Assembly (NCBI GenBank): GCA_965223335.1
Contig: OZ244991.1
Location: forward strand, 768,001 to 832,000
Reading direction: 5' to 3'
DNA length: 64,000 nucleotides
Source of the DNA: Thermodesulfobacteriota bacterium
GTDB taxonomy: Bacteria > Desulfobacterota_D > UBA1144 > Nemesobacterales > UBA2774
In this document: positions 10,515 through 22,589 of the stretch, in pieces
Position numbering within the stretch: position 1 is the stretch's first letter
Layout of the letters: the number at the start of each line of letters is the position of its first letter
The notes under the pieces: generated by a model
What the model saw: the letters and a program-made list of their open reading frames with translations, nothing else
What the model was told of the DNA's origin: nothing
Database searches by the model: none
Translations under genes and position numbers: made by a program

Positions 10515-11261
10515 ATGTTCAAGAATCTAATCGACATCTCGATGCTCGCAGTGCTAGGGTTTGTTAAAGGCACACTGTTCCTGCTCCTTCTCACAGCAGC
10601 CATTTTCCTATTCGTAAAAACCAAGGCACCGGATGTAAAGGATCATACCAATTACCTGGGTTTAGTTAAACCACCGACCGAGAACTTGGAGATCCAAGCC
10701 ACAGGTCGACTAACAAACGATGACATAGAGGTCCTTAAAGACGATTTAGAGCATATTGAGGACATGTCGGTCGAAGAGGCCGAGATTTTTTTATTTATAC
10801 TCAGGTTCTCAGACTCCATAGCCCCAGCCAACGCACGCTCACTTGCAAAAACTATTCTCGAGGAATGTGAACAGTACGATCTCGATCCCTATCTGATACT
10901 GGCCGTAATACAGGTGGAAAGCAAGTTCACACCAGGGGCAGTGTCCAATAAAGGGGCGGTGGGACTAATGCAGGTAATGCCAAAAACCGCCGAATACACA
11001 GCTAAGCAGATGGGTATGTCGTATAAGGGCAGCAAAACCCTCCATGACCCTCTGGTTAACGTGAAACTCGGTATCCACTACCTCTCAAGACTGTCCGACA
11101 GATTCCAGAGCACCGAGGGTGCACTCGCAGCATACAACTATGGACCTGCAGGTTATATAAAATTGATGAGCTCTAACCAGAAACTGCCACGCTACGTTAA
11201 AAAAGTGCTCTCTTTCAAGAGCTTCCTGGAAGAAGAGCGGGCGATTACACAGAGTAGTTAA
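10515..11261 (+). CDS. Membrane-anchored lytic transglycosylase (SLT domain)
   Basis: IQVESKF, GAVGLMQVMP, ALAAYNYGP; N-terminal TM. Confidence 0.9.
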   Translation: MFKNLIDISMLAVLGFVKGTLFLLLLTAAIFLFVKTKAPDVKDHTNYLGLVKPPTENLEIQATGRLTNDDIEVLKDDLEHIEDMSVEEAEIFLFILRFSDSIAPANARSLAKTILEECEQYDLDPYLILAVIQVESKFTPGAVSNKGAVGLMQVMPKTAEYTAKQMGMSYKGSKTLHDPLVNVKLGIHYLSRLSDRFQSTEGALAAYNYGPAGYIKLMSSNQKLPRYVKKVLSFKSFLEEERAITQSS

Positions 11262-11304
11262 CTCACCTGTTTTCGAATTCCACGTGATCCATTATATTTA
11301 AATC

Positions 11305-12186
11305 ATGCAATTCGGTGTTGCTCTGCCTAATTTCGGTAAGTTTGCCGATAAGCAGTTTATGGTCGAGCTTTCTAGGGCGGCAGAAGCTCTGGGCTACGAC
11401 TCCCTTTGGGCTAGTGACCATGTAGTAATTCCCCACTCACACGAGGGTTTTGGCGATACATTTTACGACCCGCTCATAACCCTTTCATACATTGCCGCAC
11501 ACACCTCTAAAATAACGCTTGGGACAAGCGTTATGATACTCCCATACCGAAACCCCATTGTACTGGCAAAGTGCCTTGCAACACTTGATGTTCTATCCGG
11601 TGGCCGATTAATACTCGGGGTAGGAGCGGGCTGGCTTCGCGACGAGTTCGATGCCCTGGGTGTGGCGTACGAACAGAGGGGCCCCATGACCGATGAGTAC
11701 ATAGAGATTATCAAAAAACTATGGTCAGAGGATGCCCCTGTCCACAAGGGCGATTATTATCAATTTCGTGAGATCGGGTTTTTTCCAAAGCCCCTTCAAG
11801 ACCGAGGACCCCGGATATGGGTAGGTGGTGGCAGTAATGCAGCAATCCGACGCGCAGCGCAGTATGGCGACGGTTGGCACCCCGTGGGTACAGACCCCGA
11901 ATCATTAGAGAGGGAACTCAGGAAGCTTGATGACTACTTAAGAGAATACAATAGGGATAAAGGCCAATTTGTAATATCGTTGCGTAGAAACCTAGAGATT
12001 GCAGATTCCAAAAACCTACCCCCAGGCGACACACTCAGGGGAACTCCTGAAAAAATACTAAAGGGTCTTAGACAGTACCGTGATTTAGGAGTCTCGCACA
12101 TAGTATTGCATATACTGAGCGGATCGAGGGAAGGAATTATAAAAACTATGGAACGATTTTCACAAGATTTGAGAGGCCGAATTTAA
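11305..12186 (+). CDS. LLM-class (probably F420-dependent, Rv2161c-like) oxidoreductase
   Basis: SLWASDHVV, LGTSVMILPYRNP, LDVLSGGRLILGVGAGW, GDGWHP. Confidence 0.85.
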   Translation: MQFGVALPNFGKFADKQFMVELSRAAEALGYDSLWASDHVVIPHSHEGFGDTFYDPLITLSYIAAHTSKITLGTSVMILPYRNPIVLAKCLATLDVLSGGRLILGVGAGWLRDEFDALGVAYEQRGPMTDEYIEIIKKLWSEDAPVHKGDYYQFREIGFFPKPLQDRGPRIWVGGGSNAAIRRAAQYGDGWHPVGTDPESLERELRKLDDYLREYNRDKGQFVISLRRNLEIADSKNLPPGDTLRGTPEKILKGLRQYRDLGVSHIVLHILSGSREGIIKTMERFSQDLRGRI

Positions 12187-12309
12187 TAACTAGTCCAATA
12201 GTATTCCATTTATTAGCAAATTATTATTAATACTCAACATAAAATGCTATTTTACGATAGAGTGAATTCCGGTACTATAACTGTAATTTTTTAGTAAGCT
12301 CTAAACTAA

Positions 12310-12957
<648 letters not shown>

Positions 12958-13017
12958 AAGTGCTTTCGATATTGACACCGGCAGGGTATTGGATAGATAA
13001 TAGATTTTGGTACTACC

Positions 13018-14106
13018 ATGGAAAACAATAGCAGATTTCTTGCAGCAGCAGTCCAGACCGCGCCTGTGTTTCTAAGTAAGGACGAGACCATAGGCAAAGT
13101 AATAAGCCTGATTGAAGAGGCCTCTAGAGAAGGTGCATCGCTAATCGTGTTCCCTGAAGCCACCGTGCCCTGCTACCCGTACTGGCCCAAGGACCTGGGC
13201 ACAGCCGAGGGCAGAAAACTAGTGCTAAATGCCTACACCGAGCTCTATAAAAACTCGATTGAGATCCCGGGTGAGGAAACCCTAGCACTTTGTGTGTCGG
13301 CAAAGGAAGCAGACGCCAATGTAGTAATAGGTGTAAATGAGCGAGACGGGGGCACACTCTACAACACCATAGTTTATATAGACAATAGGGGCACACTACT
13401 CGGCAAGCACAGAAAGCTCATGTCCATAGACAGCGAGAGGTGCATATGGGGGATGGGTAATGCAGAAGATCTAGCCGTGTTTGATACCGATATCGGACGG
13501 GTTGGAGGATTCTTTTGCTACGAGCACCATCTGACACTTGCAAAATACGCCATGTACCTAAAAGGCGAGCAGATCCACGCAGGGCTATGGGCGGGACACG
13601 GGTTTGTAAAACCCACGATGGATTTTGCAAGCCGTCAGTACGCGTTTGAGGGACAAGTATTTGTAGTAGTATCATCGGGCTATATAAACTCGGATATGAT
13701 CCCCGACAGTTTCCCACTCAAGCAACACACCTCATGGGATTACCCCGGAGGAAGCGGGATTATTAATCCCCGCGGCGAGTACATAGCAGGCCCCGTGTAT
13801 GATAGGGAGGAGATAGTCTACGCCGAGATCGACACCGACATGATCATTCGCGCAAAGGCTGTGATAGATGCTGCAGGCCATTTCTCTAGACCCGATATAC
13901 TAAATCTCGAGATTCTTGACCGTCAAGCCCAAGGCCCGACAAACAACAACCCCCCGCCCGTTAAGACTGATAACAGACCTAAAGTCGCCGAGCAAATAAA
14001 CGAGGTCAAAAAAGACATTGACGAGATCTCGAGCAAGCTAAACACATTCGAATCACAACTGGGACAGTTGCTTGAAAAATTATCCAATGATTTCAAAGAA
14101 AAGTAA
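13018..14106 (+). CDS. Nitrilase (carbon-nitrogen hydrolase) with C-terminal coiled-coil tail
   Basis: Catalytic triad FPE, HRKL, CYEH; GHFSRPDI. Confidence 0.88.
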   Translation: MENNSRFLAAAVQTAPVFLSKDETIGKVISLIEEASREGASLIVFPEATVPCYPYWPKDLGTAEGRKLVLNAYTELYKNSIEIPGEETLALCVSAKEADANVVIGVNERDGGTLYNTIVYIDNRGTLLGKHRKLMSIDSERCIWGMGNAEDLAVFDTDIGRVGGFFCYEHHLTLAKYAMYLKGEQIHAGLWAGHGFVKPTMDFASRQYAFEGQVFVVVSSGYINSDMIPDSFPLKQHTSWDYPGGSGIINPRGEYIAGPVYDREEIVYAEIDTDMIIRAKAVIDAAGHFSRPDILNLEILDRQAQGPTNNNPPPVKTDNRPKVAEQINEVKKDIDEISSKLNTFESQLGQLLEKLSNDFKEK

Positions 14107-14213
14107 TTACCACTCCTTTTCATATACTCGGTCTGCCTCAGATTGACTTTATCGTTTTTCGAAATAATATATTCAGGCCTGGGAATTATACTCTTACAAG
14201 GTAGCTAACGCTT

Positions 14214-14444
14214 ATGATACTAGAGGGTGTAAAGCTCATGATACTTGGTATGGGGATAGTATGTATATTCCTGTTAATACTAATGGTATTGATACAGCTT
14301 TCTTCCGTCGTATTCAGAGAAAACGCAACTATACCCAAAAGCAGCGTTGCAATCGGTGCCAAGACCCCGGACCACAACTTAGTAACCATTTTGTCTGCGG
14401 CCATAACAGCATACAGATCAAAAAAGCAGCAGGATAAGGAATGA
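14214..14444 (+). CDS. oadG: Na+-translocating decarboxylase gamma subunit
   Basis: Single TM LMILGMGIV..., ILSAAI; position before oadA. Confidence 0.85.
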   Translation: MILEGVKLMILGMGIVCIFLLILMVLIQLSSVVFRENATIPKSSVAIGAKTPDHNLVTILSAAITAYRSKKQQDKE

Positions 14445-14448
14445 GCTC

Positions 14449-16248
14449 ATGAAAAAAATACTATTTCAAGATACTTCATTTAGAGACGGGTTTCAGTCCT
14501 ATTTCGGAGCCAGGGTGCTCACCGATGATTTTATTCCTGCAGTTGAAGCTGCGGCACACGCCGGCATCACACACTTTGAAGCCGGGGGCGGTGCACGGTT
14601 TCAGAGTCTGTTTTTATACTGCGGTGAGTCGGCATTCGACATGATGGACCGGTTCAGAGAGGCCGCGGGCCCTGATGCCAACCTACAGACTCTGGCCCGG
14701 GGCATAAACGTTGTCGCACTCTCGCAACAGCCCAAGGACATGATCGACCTCCATGCTAAGCTCTTTAAGAAACACGGCATTACTCACATACGCAACTTCG
14801 ATGCACTAAACGATGTTAGAAACCTTGAGTACTCGGGCGAGTGTATTAAAAACGCCGGGCTTCACCACCAGGTAGTTGTTACCCTGATGGAGCTCCCACC
14901 GGGATGCGAAGGGGCCCACGACGCAGAGTTTTATCTGCGCACACTGCGCAATATCTTGGACTCGGGGCTTCCATTTGACTCTGTTTGTTTTAAAGACGCC
15001 TCAGGCACATCGAACCCCTCCAAAGTGTTTCAGACCGTAAAAGCTGCGAAGGCACTAGTAGGTGACGACACAATCGTATGGATCCACTCCCACGCCACCG
15101 CTGCCCAGGGCATCGAGCAATACGTAGCGGCAATCGAGGCAGGGTGTGACGGCATATGCCTTGCACGCGCACCGGTTTCGGGAGGCACCTCACAGCCCGA
15201 TCTCATATCGATGTGGAACGCACTTAAGGGCACAGAGTACACTCTCGATATAGATATAAGCAAAATAGTAGAGGCAAACGAAGTATTTAAAGACTGTATG
15301 AAGGACTATTATTTCCCCCCTGAAGCTCTCAAGGTATCTTCCGAGGTACTGCTCTCGCCAATGCCGGGCGGAGCGCTTACCGCAAACACTATGATGATGA
15401 GAGACACCGGTACTCTGCACCTCTACCCACAGGTCATAAAAGCAATGTCTGAGTGTGTAGCCAAAGGCGGGTTCGGCACATCGGTCACACCGGTTTCACA
15501 GTTCTACTTCCAACAGGCCTATGCAAACGTCATACACGGCCCCTGGAAGCAAATCACCGACGGCTACGGAAACATGGTGCTCGGCTATTTCGGGCGCACT
15601 CCGGTAGAGCCCGATCCCGAGGTTGTTAAGGTTGCCGAGGACCAGTTGGGCAAACCCAGATTCGATGGGGACCCGCTTGAGATTCTAGAGCCCGGAATTC
15701 CTAAAGCCGTAAAGACACTGGAGCAAAACGACCTGGACGTAAATGACGAGAACGTATTTATAGTAGGTGCCCTTGCCACTCCGGGCGGCAACAAGGGCCT
15801 TGATTTCTTAAAAGGTGATTACTCAATCAGTGTTAGAAAAACAACCGACGCCGCTACGGAAGTTACCACAAAAACACCTACAAACATTGTGGGTGAAGGC
15901 CCCGAGAACTTTGTAATCACGGTAAACGGCAAGGACTATAACGTCTCGGTGCGCCCCGGCACATCCGATATTACGACCATCACCGACTCTACCGTAGACC
16001 CCGAGATCGCGGACCTGCCCTCAGACGACATAGTAGAGGTTACGGCGAGTGTCCCCGGCAACGTGTATAAGATTGCCGTGGATGTAGGCGACAGTATCAG
16101 TGAGAACGAAACCGTTGTGGTACTCGAAGCCATGAAGATGGAAACACCGGTAGCATCACCCTGTAACGGTGTTGTCAAAACACTGAATGTTAAACTTGGT
16201 GATGTTGTAGAAGCAGGTCAATTAATTTTAACTATTGCCCCGAAATGA
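14449..16248 (+). CDS. oadA: Oxaloacetate decarboxylase alpha subunit (carboxyltransferase plus biotinyl domain)
   Basis: [31 protein letters not shown]. Confidence 0.88.
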   Translation: MKKILFQDTSFRDGFQSYFGARVLTDDFIPAVEAAAHAGITHFEAGGGARFQSLFLYCGESAFDMMDRFREAAGPDANLQTLARGINVVALSQQPKDMIDLHAKLFKKHGITHIRNFDALNDVRNLEYSGECIKNAGLHHQVVVTLMELPPGCEGAHDAEFYLRTLRNILDSGLPFDSVCFKDASGTSNPSKVFQTVKAAKALVGDDTIVWIHSHATAAQGIEQYVAAIEAGCDGICLARAPVSGGTSQPDLISMWNALKGTEYTLDIDISKIVEANEVFKDCMKDYYFPPEALKVSSEVLLSPMPGGALTANTMMMRDTGTLHLYPQVIKAMSECVAKGGFGTSVTPVSQFYFQQAYANVIHGPWKQITDGYGNMVLGYFGRTPVEPDPEVVKVAEDQLGKPRFDGDPLEILEPGIPKAVKTLEQNDLDVNDENVFIVGALATPGGNKGLDFLKGDYSISVRKTTDAATEVTTKTPTNIVGEGPENFVITVNGKDYNVSVRPGTSDITTITDSTVDPEIADLPSDDIVEVTASVPGNVYKIAVDVGDSISENETVVVLEAMKMETPVASPCNGVVKTLNVKLGDVVEAGQLILTIAPK

Positions 16249-17549
16249 ACCGATTTATCGCAATAATATCAATCCTCTTAGTAACACTTGTAAGCGGGCT
16301 CCATTTATCGCCCCATAACGCTTTTTCACAAACCGAACAGGCTCCCCAAGAGGAATCCCCTCAGGATGTAAAGCTTCCTTCCATTACAAAACTAATAGGT
16401 AACGTCGCGGAATCCACGGGTATAGCAGGCTTTATTAAGGGAAACAAGGAATCCTGGACGGGTGGAATCGGCCGTTTTGTAATGCTTATGGTTGGTTTTC
16501 TGCTGCTATACCTCGGTATAGCCAAGAAGTTCGAACCGCTATTGTTGGTGACGATTGGGTTTGGGTGCATACTGACCAATATACCGCTTGCTGGGATAAG
16601 CACTCCGGGCGGGATAATCTACTATATCTACAATATAGGGATTAAGACGGGGATTTTCCCGCTGCTTATTTTTATGGGTGTAGGAGCACTCACCGACTTC
16701 GGACCCCTTTTGGCTAACCCAAAAACATTACTGCTGGGTGCTGCTGCGCAGCTCGGTATATTTGCCACACTGCTAGGCGCCCTTGCGCTAACCCAATATG
16801 TGCCTCAAATCAATTTTTCGTTCCAAGACGCTGCATCCATCGGGATTATCGGCGGGGCCGACGGACCCACAGCCATATACCTATCGTCCCAGCTCTCACC
16901 ACGGCTGCTGGGGGCAATCTCCGTAGCGGCATACTCCTATATGGCACTGGTCCCCATAATACAACCGCCTATAATGAAGGCGCTTACAACAAGTGAAGAA
17001 AGAAAAATAAGAATGAAACAGCTTCGCCACGTCGGTAAAAAAGAGAAGGTCATTTTCCCCATCCTGGTACTAGCCGTGTGTATTGTGCTGCTGCCCTCTG
17101 CCGCACCGCTTATCGGTTTTTTCACATTCGGCAACCTTATGCGAGAAAGCGGAGTTGTGGAACGTTTGGCAGATACAACACGGAATTCGCTAATAAACAT
17201 CACTACCATATTTCTTGGACTGGGCGTGGGGTCGAAACTCTCGGCAGACGAATTTTTGACCTTTGAAACCCTTGGCATACTTGTTCTGGGCATCATAGCA
17301 TTCAGCATAGGTACCGCAACAGGGGTTATAATGGCAAAAACGATGAATATACTCTCGACCACAAAAATTAATCCTTTAATCGGCTCCGCAGGTGTATCGG
17401 CTGTGCCTATGGCGGCGCGAGTTTCCCAGGACATGGGAGCCAAAGAGGACCCACAGAATGTGCTGCTAATGCATGCTATGGGCCCCAATGTTGCAGGTGT
17501 GATCGGATCTGCGGTTGCAGCCGGTGTCCTGCTAGCAGTGTTTCAATAA
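16245..17549 (+). CDS. oadB: Na+-translocating decarboxylase beta subunit
   Basis: [39 protein letters not shown]. Confidence 0.93.
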   Translation: MNRFIAIISILLVTLVSGLHLSPHNAFSQTEQAPQEESPQDVKLPSITKLIGNVAESTGIAGFIKGNKESWTGGIGRFVMLMVGFLLLYLGIAKKFEPLLLVTIGFGCILTNIPLAGISTPGGIIYYIYNIGIKTGIFPLLIFMGVGALTDFGPLLANPKTLLLGAAAQLGIFATLLGALALTQYVPQINFSFQDAASIGIIGGADGPTAIYLSSQLSPRLLGAISVAAYSYMALVPIIQPPIMKALTTSEERKIRMKQLRHVGKKEKVIFPILVLAVCIVLLPSAAPLIGFFTFGNLMRESGVVERLADTTRNSLINITTIFLGLGVGSKLSADEFLTFETLGILVLGIIAFSIGTATGVIMAKTMNILSTTKINPLIGSAGVSAVPMAARVSQDMGAKEDPQNVLLMHAMGPNVAGVIGSAVAAGVLLAVFQ

Positions 17550-17554
17550 GCAGC

Positions 17555-19135
17555 CTACTTAGTGTTTTGGTTATTAGTCTTGGCAATCAGTTCCTGTTTA
17601 AGATCCCAGAGCTTTTGTGAGATGGAGACGTGGTAGATATGGGGGTTCATTATTCGCTTTACACCCGTGTCGACCCTGTCCAGGTCGCTTATACGCTTGG
17701 CTCTGATCGCCTCTATTGATGGGAAATCGTATAAGGATTTTCCCTCATCGATTATCGTTTCAAAGAGCGGTTCCGCTTCGCTCACGTTACTTTTCTCAAG
17801 CACCCTGTACATAGAGTGATCTGTTGGGTGTCTGAGTATAAAGTTTTTCTGCGCCACAGGGTCGGGTTCATCCGTAGTCATTACATCGGCAGTAGCCTTG
17901 CCTCTCTTATCATAGATTCGCCATGCTTGCTTGTTTCCCGGTATAAGCGTTTTCTCGGGTGTGTTAGAGAGTTTCATCGCAGGCACCCAACCCCCCTCGT
18001 CCTCAATGGCAACTAATTTATATACCCCGTCAAGCGCCGGGTCGCCCTCGGATGTTATCAACCTTGTCCCCACCCCATACACAAGCCTCTCGATCAGGTC
18101 GTTTGGGTCGAGGCCGTACCGCGGGGCCTCCTCTTCAATCTGTGTGATAATCTGCCATATTACGAGTTCGTCCAACTGATTCGATAGCACTATCTTAGTT
18201 TTTGTGAATCCTGCAGTGTTTAGCATTTTTGCTGCCTGAATACTTAGAAATGCAAGGTCGCCCGAATCAAGCCTTATCCCTATCGGTTCGTGCCCCTTTC
18301 GCTTTAGATCCTGAAAGACCTTAATAGCATTCGGCACCCCGCTCTCAAGGGTGTTCACGGTATCTACTAGCAACACGCAGTCATCGGGGTAGATCTCTGC
18401 AAACGCCCTGAATGCGTCAAGCTCACTATCTCCCAACGCCAAAAAGGCCTGGACCATGCTGTGCGCATGAGTACCCTTCGGTGTGTAGCCCAGGCGTGAC
18501 GATATCCCCACTGCCGAGGAATAATCGGCCCCGCCAATAAGCGCTGCACGCACCCCTGCGTTTACTCCCCTGTCGTGCCCCCGCCTCATCCCAAACTCAA
18601 GTAGCATCTGCCCCCTGCCAGCCTCGCGTATCCTTGCGGCTTTAGTAGCCACAAGGGTCTGGTAGTTTAGGTGGTTTAACAGCGACGACTCGAGGATCTG
18701 AGCCATACCGAGTGGGCCCTCGACTACAGATATCGGTATCTGGGGATGGACCACACGGCCCTCGGGGATCGCACGCATTGTTATGCCCTCATAGTTCCCA
18801 TGCTTACGCAACCACCCAAGAAAATCATCTTGGAATATCCGCCCACCCGTTCTCCCAGTCTGGTTTTTAAGGCTCTCGATCTCTCCGTCGCCAAAGCGTG
18901 ATTGTTGCATCCAAGCCACAAACCACTCGAGCCCGGCATTGATGCAGTAGCCCGCCTTATGCGTGCCGTAATCGGGGTAGCTGCGGAAAAAATGGTCAAA
19001 CTGTGCTTTTCGTTCATGCAGACCGAGTTTATAGTAGAGCTGGGCCATGGTTAATTGGTACTGATCTGTGAAGAGCACTCCACTCTCTAGGTTGTTAGTC
19101 TTTGGTGGTTTAACGGTCTTTTTTGAATTGGCCAT
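17555..19135 (-). CDS. pncB: Nicotinate phosphoribosyltransferase
   Basis: [37 protein letters not shown]. Confidence 0.92.
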   Translation of the reverse strand: MANSKKTVKPPKTNNLESGVLFTDQYQLTMAQLYYKLGLHERKAQFDHFFRSYPDYGTHKAGYCINAGLEWFVAWMQQSRFGDGEIESLKNQTGRTGGRIFQDDFLGWLRKHGNYEGITMRAIPEGRVVHPQIPISVVEGPLGMAQILESSLLNHLNYQTLVATKAARIREAGRGQMLLEFGMRRGHDRGVNAGVRAALIGGADYSSAVGISSRLGYTPKGTHAHSMVQAFLALGDSELDAFRAFAEIYPDDCVLLVDTVNTLESGVPNAIKVFQDLKRKGHEPIGIRLDSGDLAFLSIQAAKMLNTAGFTKTKIVLSNQLDELVIWQIITQIEEEAPRYGLDPNDLIERLVYGVGTRLITSEGDPALDGVYKLVAIEDEGGWVPAMKLSNTPEKTLIPGNKQAWRIYDKRGKATADVMTTDEPDPVAQKNFILRHPTDHSMYRVLEKSNVSEAEPLFETIIDEGKSLYDFPSIEAIRAKRISDLDRVDTGVKRIMNPHIYHVSISQKLWDLKQELIAKTNNQNTK

Positions 19136-19190
19136 CTGAGACTGTGGTGTAACGATATGTATAAAATTGTGCTTTTTCTAAGTCGGGGAT

Positions 19191-20318
19191 TTATTTACCC
19201 ATAATATTTCTAAGTGCAGAAATTAACCTATCCACGTTCTCCTTCCTGCAAGTCTCTCCCATAAGCCCTATCCGCCATATCTTTCCCTTGGTCTCGCCGA
19301 GTCCTGCTCCTACCTCTATGCCATACCTATCCAGCAGTTCCCTGCGTGCGGCTGCGTCGTCTAGACCATCGGGCAAGTAAACCGATGTGAGCATGGGTAG
19401 CATATGCTCTTTGGGAGCAAAAAAACTAAAACCAAGCCCCACCAGCTCTGATTTTAAGTAGTCTCCCAACTCTTTATGGCGCTCTACTCTTTGGTCAAGC
19501 CCCTCTTCTAGCACCAGTTTAAGCCCCTCGCTAAGTGCATAGAGCATCGAGATGGGTGCCGTGTGGTGATACAGTCTGTCGTTGCCCCAGTACCGTTTAA
19601 TCATCGACATATCCAAATACCAGCTCTGCACCTTGGTTTTACGGTTGGATATGACATCGAGGGCCTTCTCACTCATGGTAATAGGAGAGAGTCCCGGGGG
19701 CACACTCAAGCATTTTTGAGTACCGCTATAGCATATATCCACTCCCCATTCGTCCACGGAGAGACTAGAGCCCCCGAGCGAGGTTACAGCATCCACGAGC
19801 ATTAATATATCGCGCTGCCTGAGATAATCCGCTATCTCCCCAAAAGGCTGCAGCACCCCAGTAGAGGTCTCGGCCTGTACAATAGCGACCAGCTTCGCGC
19901 CCGGATTATTGCTGACTAGGTCTATTACACTCTGCTCATCAATAACAGTTCCCCACGGCTCTTCTACCCTTAACACCTCGGCACCACAGCGCTCTGCCAC
20001 ATCTACCATCCTCTCTCCGAATAACCCGTTTACACCTATCACAACTTTATCGCCCCTTTCCACAACGTTGGCAAAGCAGGCCTCCATACCCGCGCTACCC
20101 GTTCCCGACACTGGGATAGTCAGCTCATTGGTTGTTTTAAACACCTCTCGTAGCATCTGGCATATTTCATCCATTATCGGGTGGAATTGGGGATCTAAAT
20201 GGCCTAATATTGGGCGTGACAATGCATCGTAAACCCTTTTGTGCACGTTGCTTGGACCCGGCCCCATAAGTATTCTGGCACCGGTTTTATCCTGTTTCTG
20301 ACGAATCTGTTGTTTCAT
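19191..20318 (-). CDS. Alanine/serine-glyoxylate aminotransferase family (class V PLP enzyme)
   Basis: LMGPGPS, GTGSAGME, ETSTGV, DAVTS, SGTQKCLSVPPG; start moved to ATG 20318. Confidence 0.9.
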   Translation of the reverse strand: MKQQIRQKQDKTGARILMGPGPSNVHKRVYDALSRPILGHLDPQFHPIMDEICQMLREVFKTTNELTIPVSGTGSAGMEACFANVVERGDKVVIGVNGLFGERMVDVAERCGAEVLRVEEPWGTVIDEQSVIDLVSNNPGAKLVAIVQAETSTGVLQPFGEIADYLRQRDILMLVDAVTSLGGSSLSVDEWGVDICYSGTQKCLSVPPGLSPITMSEKALDVISNRKTKVQSWYLDMSMIKRYWGNDRLYHHTAPISMLYALSEGLKLVLEEGLDQRVERHKELGDYLKSELVGLGFSFFAPKEHMLPMLTSVYLPDGLDDAAARRELLDRYGIEVGAGLGETKGKIWRIGLMGETCRKENVDRLISALRNIMGK

Positions 20319-20453
20319 GTTATTGCCTAATTTTTTTACTGCATTATTATATCTTATATATGAATCATTCATAGACAGTTAAACAAATGGGTAAAATCAC
20401 TCAGAATAATATGTAACAATTTTAGTAACATCCATTAAAAATATTTGCAGTTA

Positions 20454-20482
20454 TTGACAAAATGCGCAACTGGCCGTAAAAT
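20454..20482 (+). promoter_or_regulatory. Near-consensus sigma-70 promoter upstream of the riboswitch
   Basis: TTGACA-17 nt-TAAAAT. Confidence 0.75.
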
Positions 20483-20534
20483 TTTGTCAGGTTAGATTGT
20501 TTTTAAGGAGAAGTAAAAAATTAATTATTCAAGT

Positions 20535-20631
20535 CCTAGACGAAAGGGCGAACCATTTGAAAGAATGGGGCGCAAAGTGTTGAGCCTAAGGGTAGCTAGT
20601 ATACCTATGGCTGTCACACTGCCGAACTGGG
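20535..20631 (+). ncRNA. c-di-GMP-I (GEMM-I) riboswitch
   Basis: AAAGGGCGAACCATTTGAAAGAATGGGGCGCAAAG...GCCTAAGGG...TATGGC...CTGCCGAA matches the class-I pattern GGCAAACC-GAAA-GGGACGCAAAG...CTAA...ATGG...GCCG. Confidence 0.9.
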
Positions 20632-20706
20632 GAAAAGTGGCTGAATCGATGGGTAAGTCGCTTGAGACAGAGTTCCCTTTAGCCTCAGGACTGAGAGGGG
20701 GGTAAG

Positions 20707-21192
20707 ATGGAAACTATTGGTAAAATATTAAGCCTTACACTGCTGACCATATTCGGGTCCGCTGCAGCCACGGTGTACATGGTCGATTCAAACTTTTTTC
20801 CATCATTTCTTGAAGAGGCGCCATCTGCATACACATCAGATGTTGTAGATGATTACCAGGCCGATTACGAAACCTTATCTTCTTATAGGGAAGAAGAGCG
20901 ACAGAGGTATTATCAGGTTTCGCCGTCCACTAAAAATGATGTAGAAGAAGACGACCAGACAGTCTGGGGTCAAAACTACAGCTCAACCGAAAGCTCAGCA
21001 CCACGCATTAGCGCTACATCCAGAAGACTTGCCGAAGAACAGTCCTTGGGTGAGCTCAGAGATAACATGCGCTACTGGAACAAACAGTACATCCAGGCAA
21101 TGAGTGATGGTGAGAACAGGCGTGCCAATAAAGCCTACGCTAAGTACACTGAGTTCAAAGACGCGCTCGAGCTGAAAAGAAATTCCGAATAA
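20707..21192 (+). CDS. Hypothetical protein with N-terminal TM/signal segment, downstream of the riboswitch
   Basis: 161-aa ORF; GAGGGGGG SD; hydrophobic N-terminus, acidic linker, helical C-terminus. Confidence 0.75.
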   Translation: METIGKILSLTLLTIFGSAAATVYMVDSNFFPSFLEEAPSAYTSDVVDDYQADYETLSSYREEERQRYYQVSPSTKNDVEEDDQTVWGQNYSSTESSAPRISATSRRLAEEQSLGELRDNMRYWNKQYIQAMSDGENRRANKAYAKYTEFKDALELKRNSE

Positions 21193-21261
21193 AGATTTCG
21201 ATTCGCTTGATGGAGATGGTGGATTGTTAACCTTACCTTGGTAGCGGGATAGTTTTACCAA

Positions 21262-22041
21262 CTACTCAACTAACAGGAATAGTTTAGTCAGGAAGAAGTC
21301 TCCGACTATTATCAAAAGCAGCGAGACCACAACCGTAAGAGTAGTTGCTCGGCCCACACCCTGCGTGCCGCCCTCGGCATTCATTCCAATATAACACCCG
21401 GTAATACTCACAATAATTCCAAAGAAAAATGTTTTCGATACACCGCTTATAAAGTCGGTAATGGCAACCCATTCAAGTATACTCGAGATAAAGAGCCTTG
21501 GTTTTACATCCAGGTCTATGTTGGCAAGTATCATTGCACCGCCGATCCCCGCAAGGTCGGCTATTATAGCAAGGAAAGGAAACGCAATAACACCCGCAAC
21601 CAGCCTTGGCACAACCAGCTTTCTAATCGGGTCTGCACCAAGAGTTCTTATTGCATCAATCTGCTCAGTAACCTTCATCGACCCTATCTCCGCAGTTATA
21701 CCCGATCCCACTCGACCACCTACCAACAGCGATGTCACAACCGGGCCGAGCTCCCTAACGAATGCAAGCGATACAACCGGGCCCACAACCCCCTTGGCCC
21801 CAAACCACGCAAACCCCCATGCCAACTGCACAACCATTACCATCCCTATTGCCATAGCCGATACAATAACAATGGGTATGGATTTAAACCCTATCTCATC
21901 AAGCTGCTCAATGACCAGACGAAAATTATACGGGGGTGTCACAGACGCGTAGATCGATCTGTACAAAAAGAGCCATATGTCGCCAATAAGTTCGACCAGG
22001 TTGATACAGTAGGCTCCCAGTTTGTTTATAAATCCTTTCAT
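21262..22041 (-). CDS. mlaE: MlaE-family ABC permease
   Basis: RELGPVVTSLLVGGRVGSGITAEIGSMKVTEQIDA, GGTQGVGRATT. Confidence 0.9.
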   Translation of the reverse strand: MKGFINKLGAYCINLVELIGDIWLFLYRSIYASVTPPYNFRLVIEQLDEIGFKSIPIVIVSAMAIGMVMVVQLAWGFAWFGAKGVVGPVVSLAFVRELGPVVTSLLVGGRVGSGITAEIGSMKVTEQIDAIRTLGADPIRKLVVPRLVAGVIAFPFLAIIADLAGIGGAMILANIDLDVKPRLFISSILEWVAITDFISGVSKTFFFGIIVSITGCYIGMNAEGGTQGVGRATTLTVVVSLLLIIVGDFFLTKLFLLVE

Positions 22042-22589
22042 GAACCTATCACTTTAAACTCCGACACAAAATTCTCAAACACCACAAACCCCTGCTTAAA
22101 ATAGCTGGGGGTCGAAGAGTAAGTAAAGTCGTACACACATACACCATCTATAAAAACTACGGTTGCAATGGTGAGCGGTACGTCGTAGAGAGTCCCCGTA
22201 TATAAAGACTCGAGCGCGGGATTTCCATCTACCTCAATCTCCTCTCTACCCAACACCTCTTTATGTTTTATACCGATTAATAAAGACTCGGATAACGCAC
22301 GCAGGCTGTAGCGGGTTTTACGCTCGTCACATGTAGAATCGACGGTGATCGTGGCGTCATTCCCCTGATCGGTAAATGCCAGGTCCCCGCCATCAATCTT
22401 TAACCTCTTCCAGTTAGAGGGTAGCTTCCCGATCTTATATATTGTATCTTCAGCTGTGTATATCTCGCCACTTAATCTACCGTTATTGGAATCATCATCC
22501 GAGAGATAATAACCCAGGAACCTCGTAGCCCCACAAGAAAAAAGTAGTGTAGACACCAACATTAATATTAATACAACACTTAATCTCAT
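22038..22589 (-). CDS. Putative lipoprotein of unknown function
   Basis: Lipobox LFSC after a hydrophobic signal; ATGA overlap with mlaE. Confidence 0.75.
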   Translation of the reverse strand: MRLSVVLILMLVSTLLFSCGATRFLGYYLSDDDSNNGRLSGEIYTAEDTIYKIGKLPSNWKRLKIDGGDLAFTDQGNDATITVDSTCDERKTRYSLRALSESLLIGIKHKEVLGREEIEVDGNPALESLYTGTLYDVPLTIATVVFIDGVCVYDFTYSSTPSYFKQGFVVFENFVSEFKVIGS

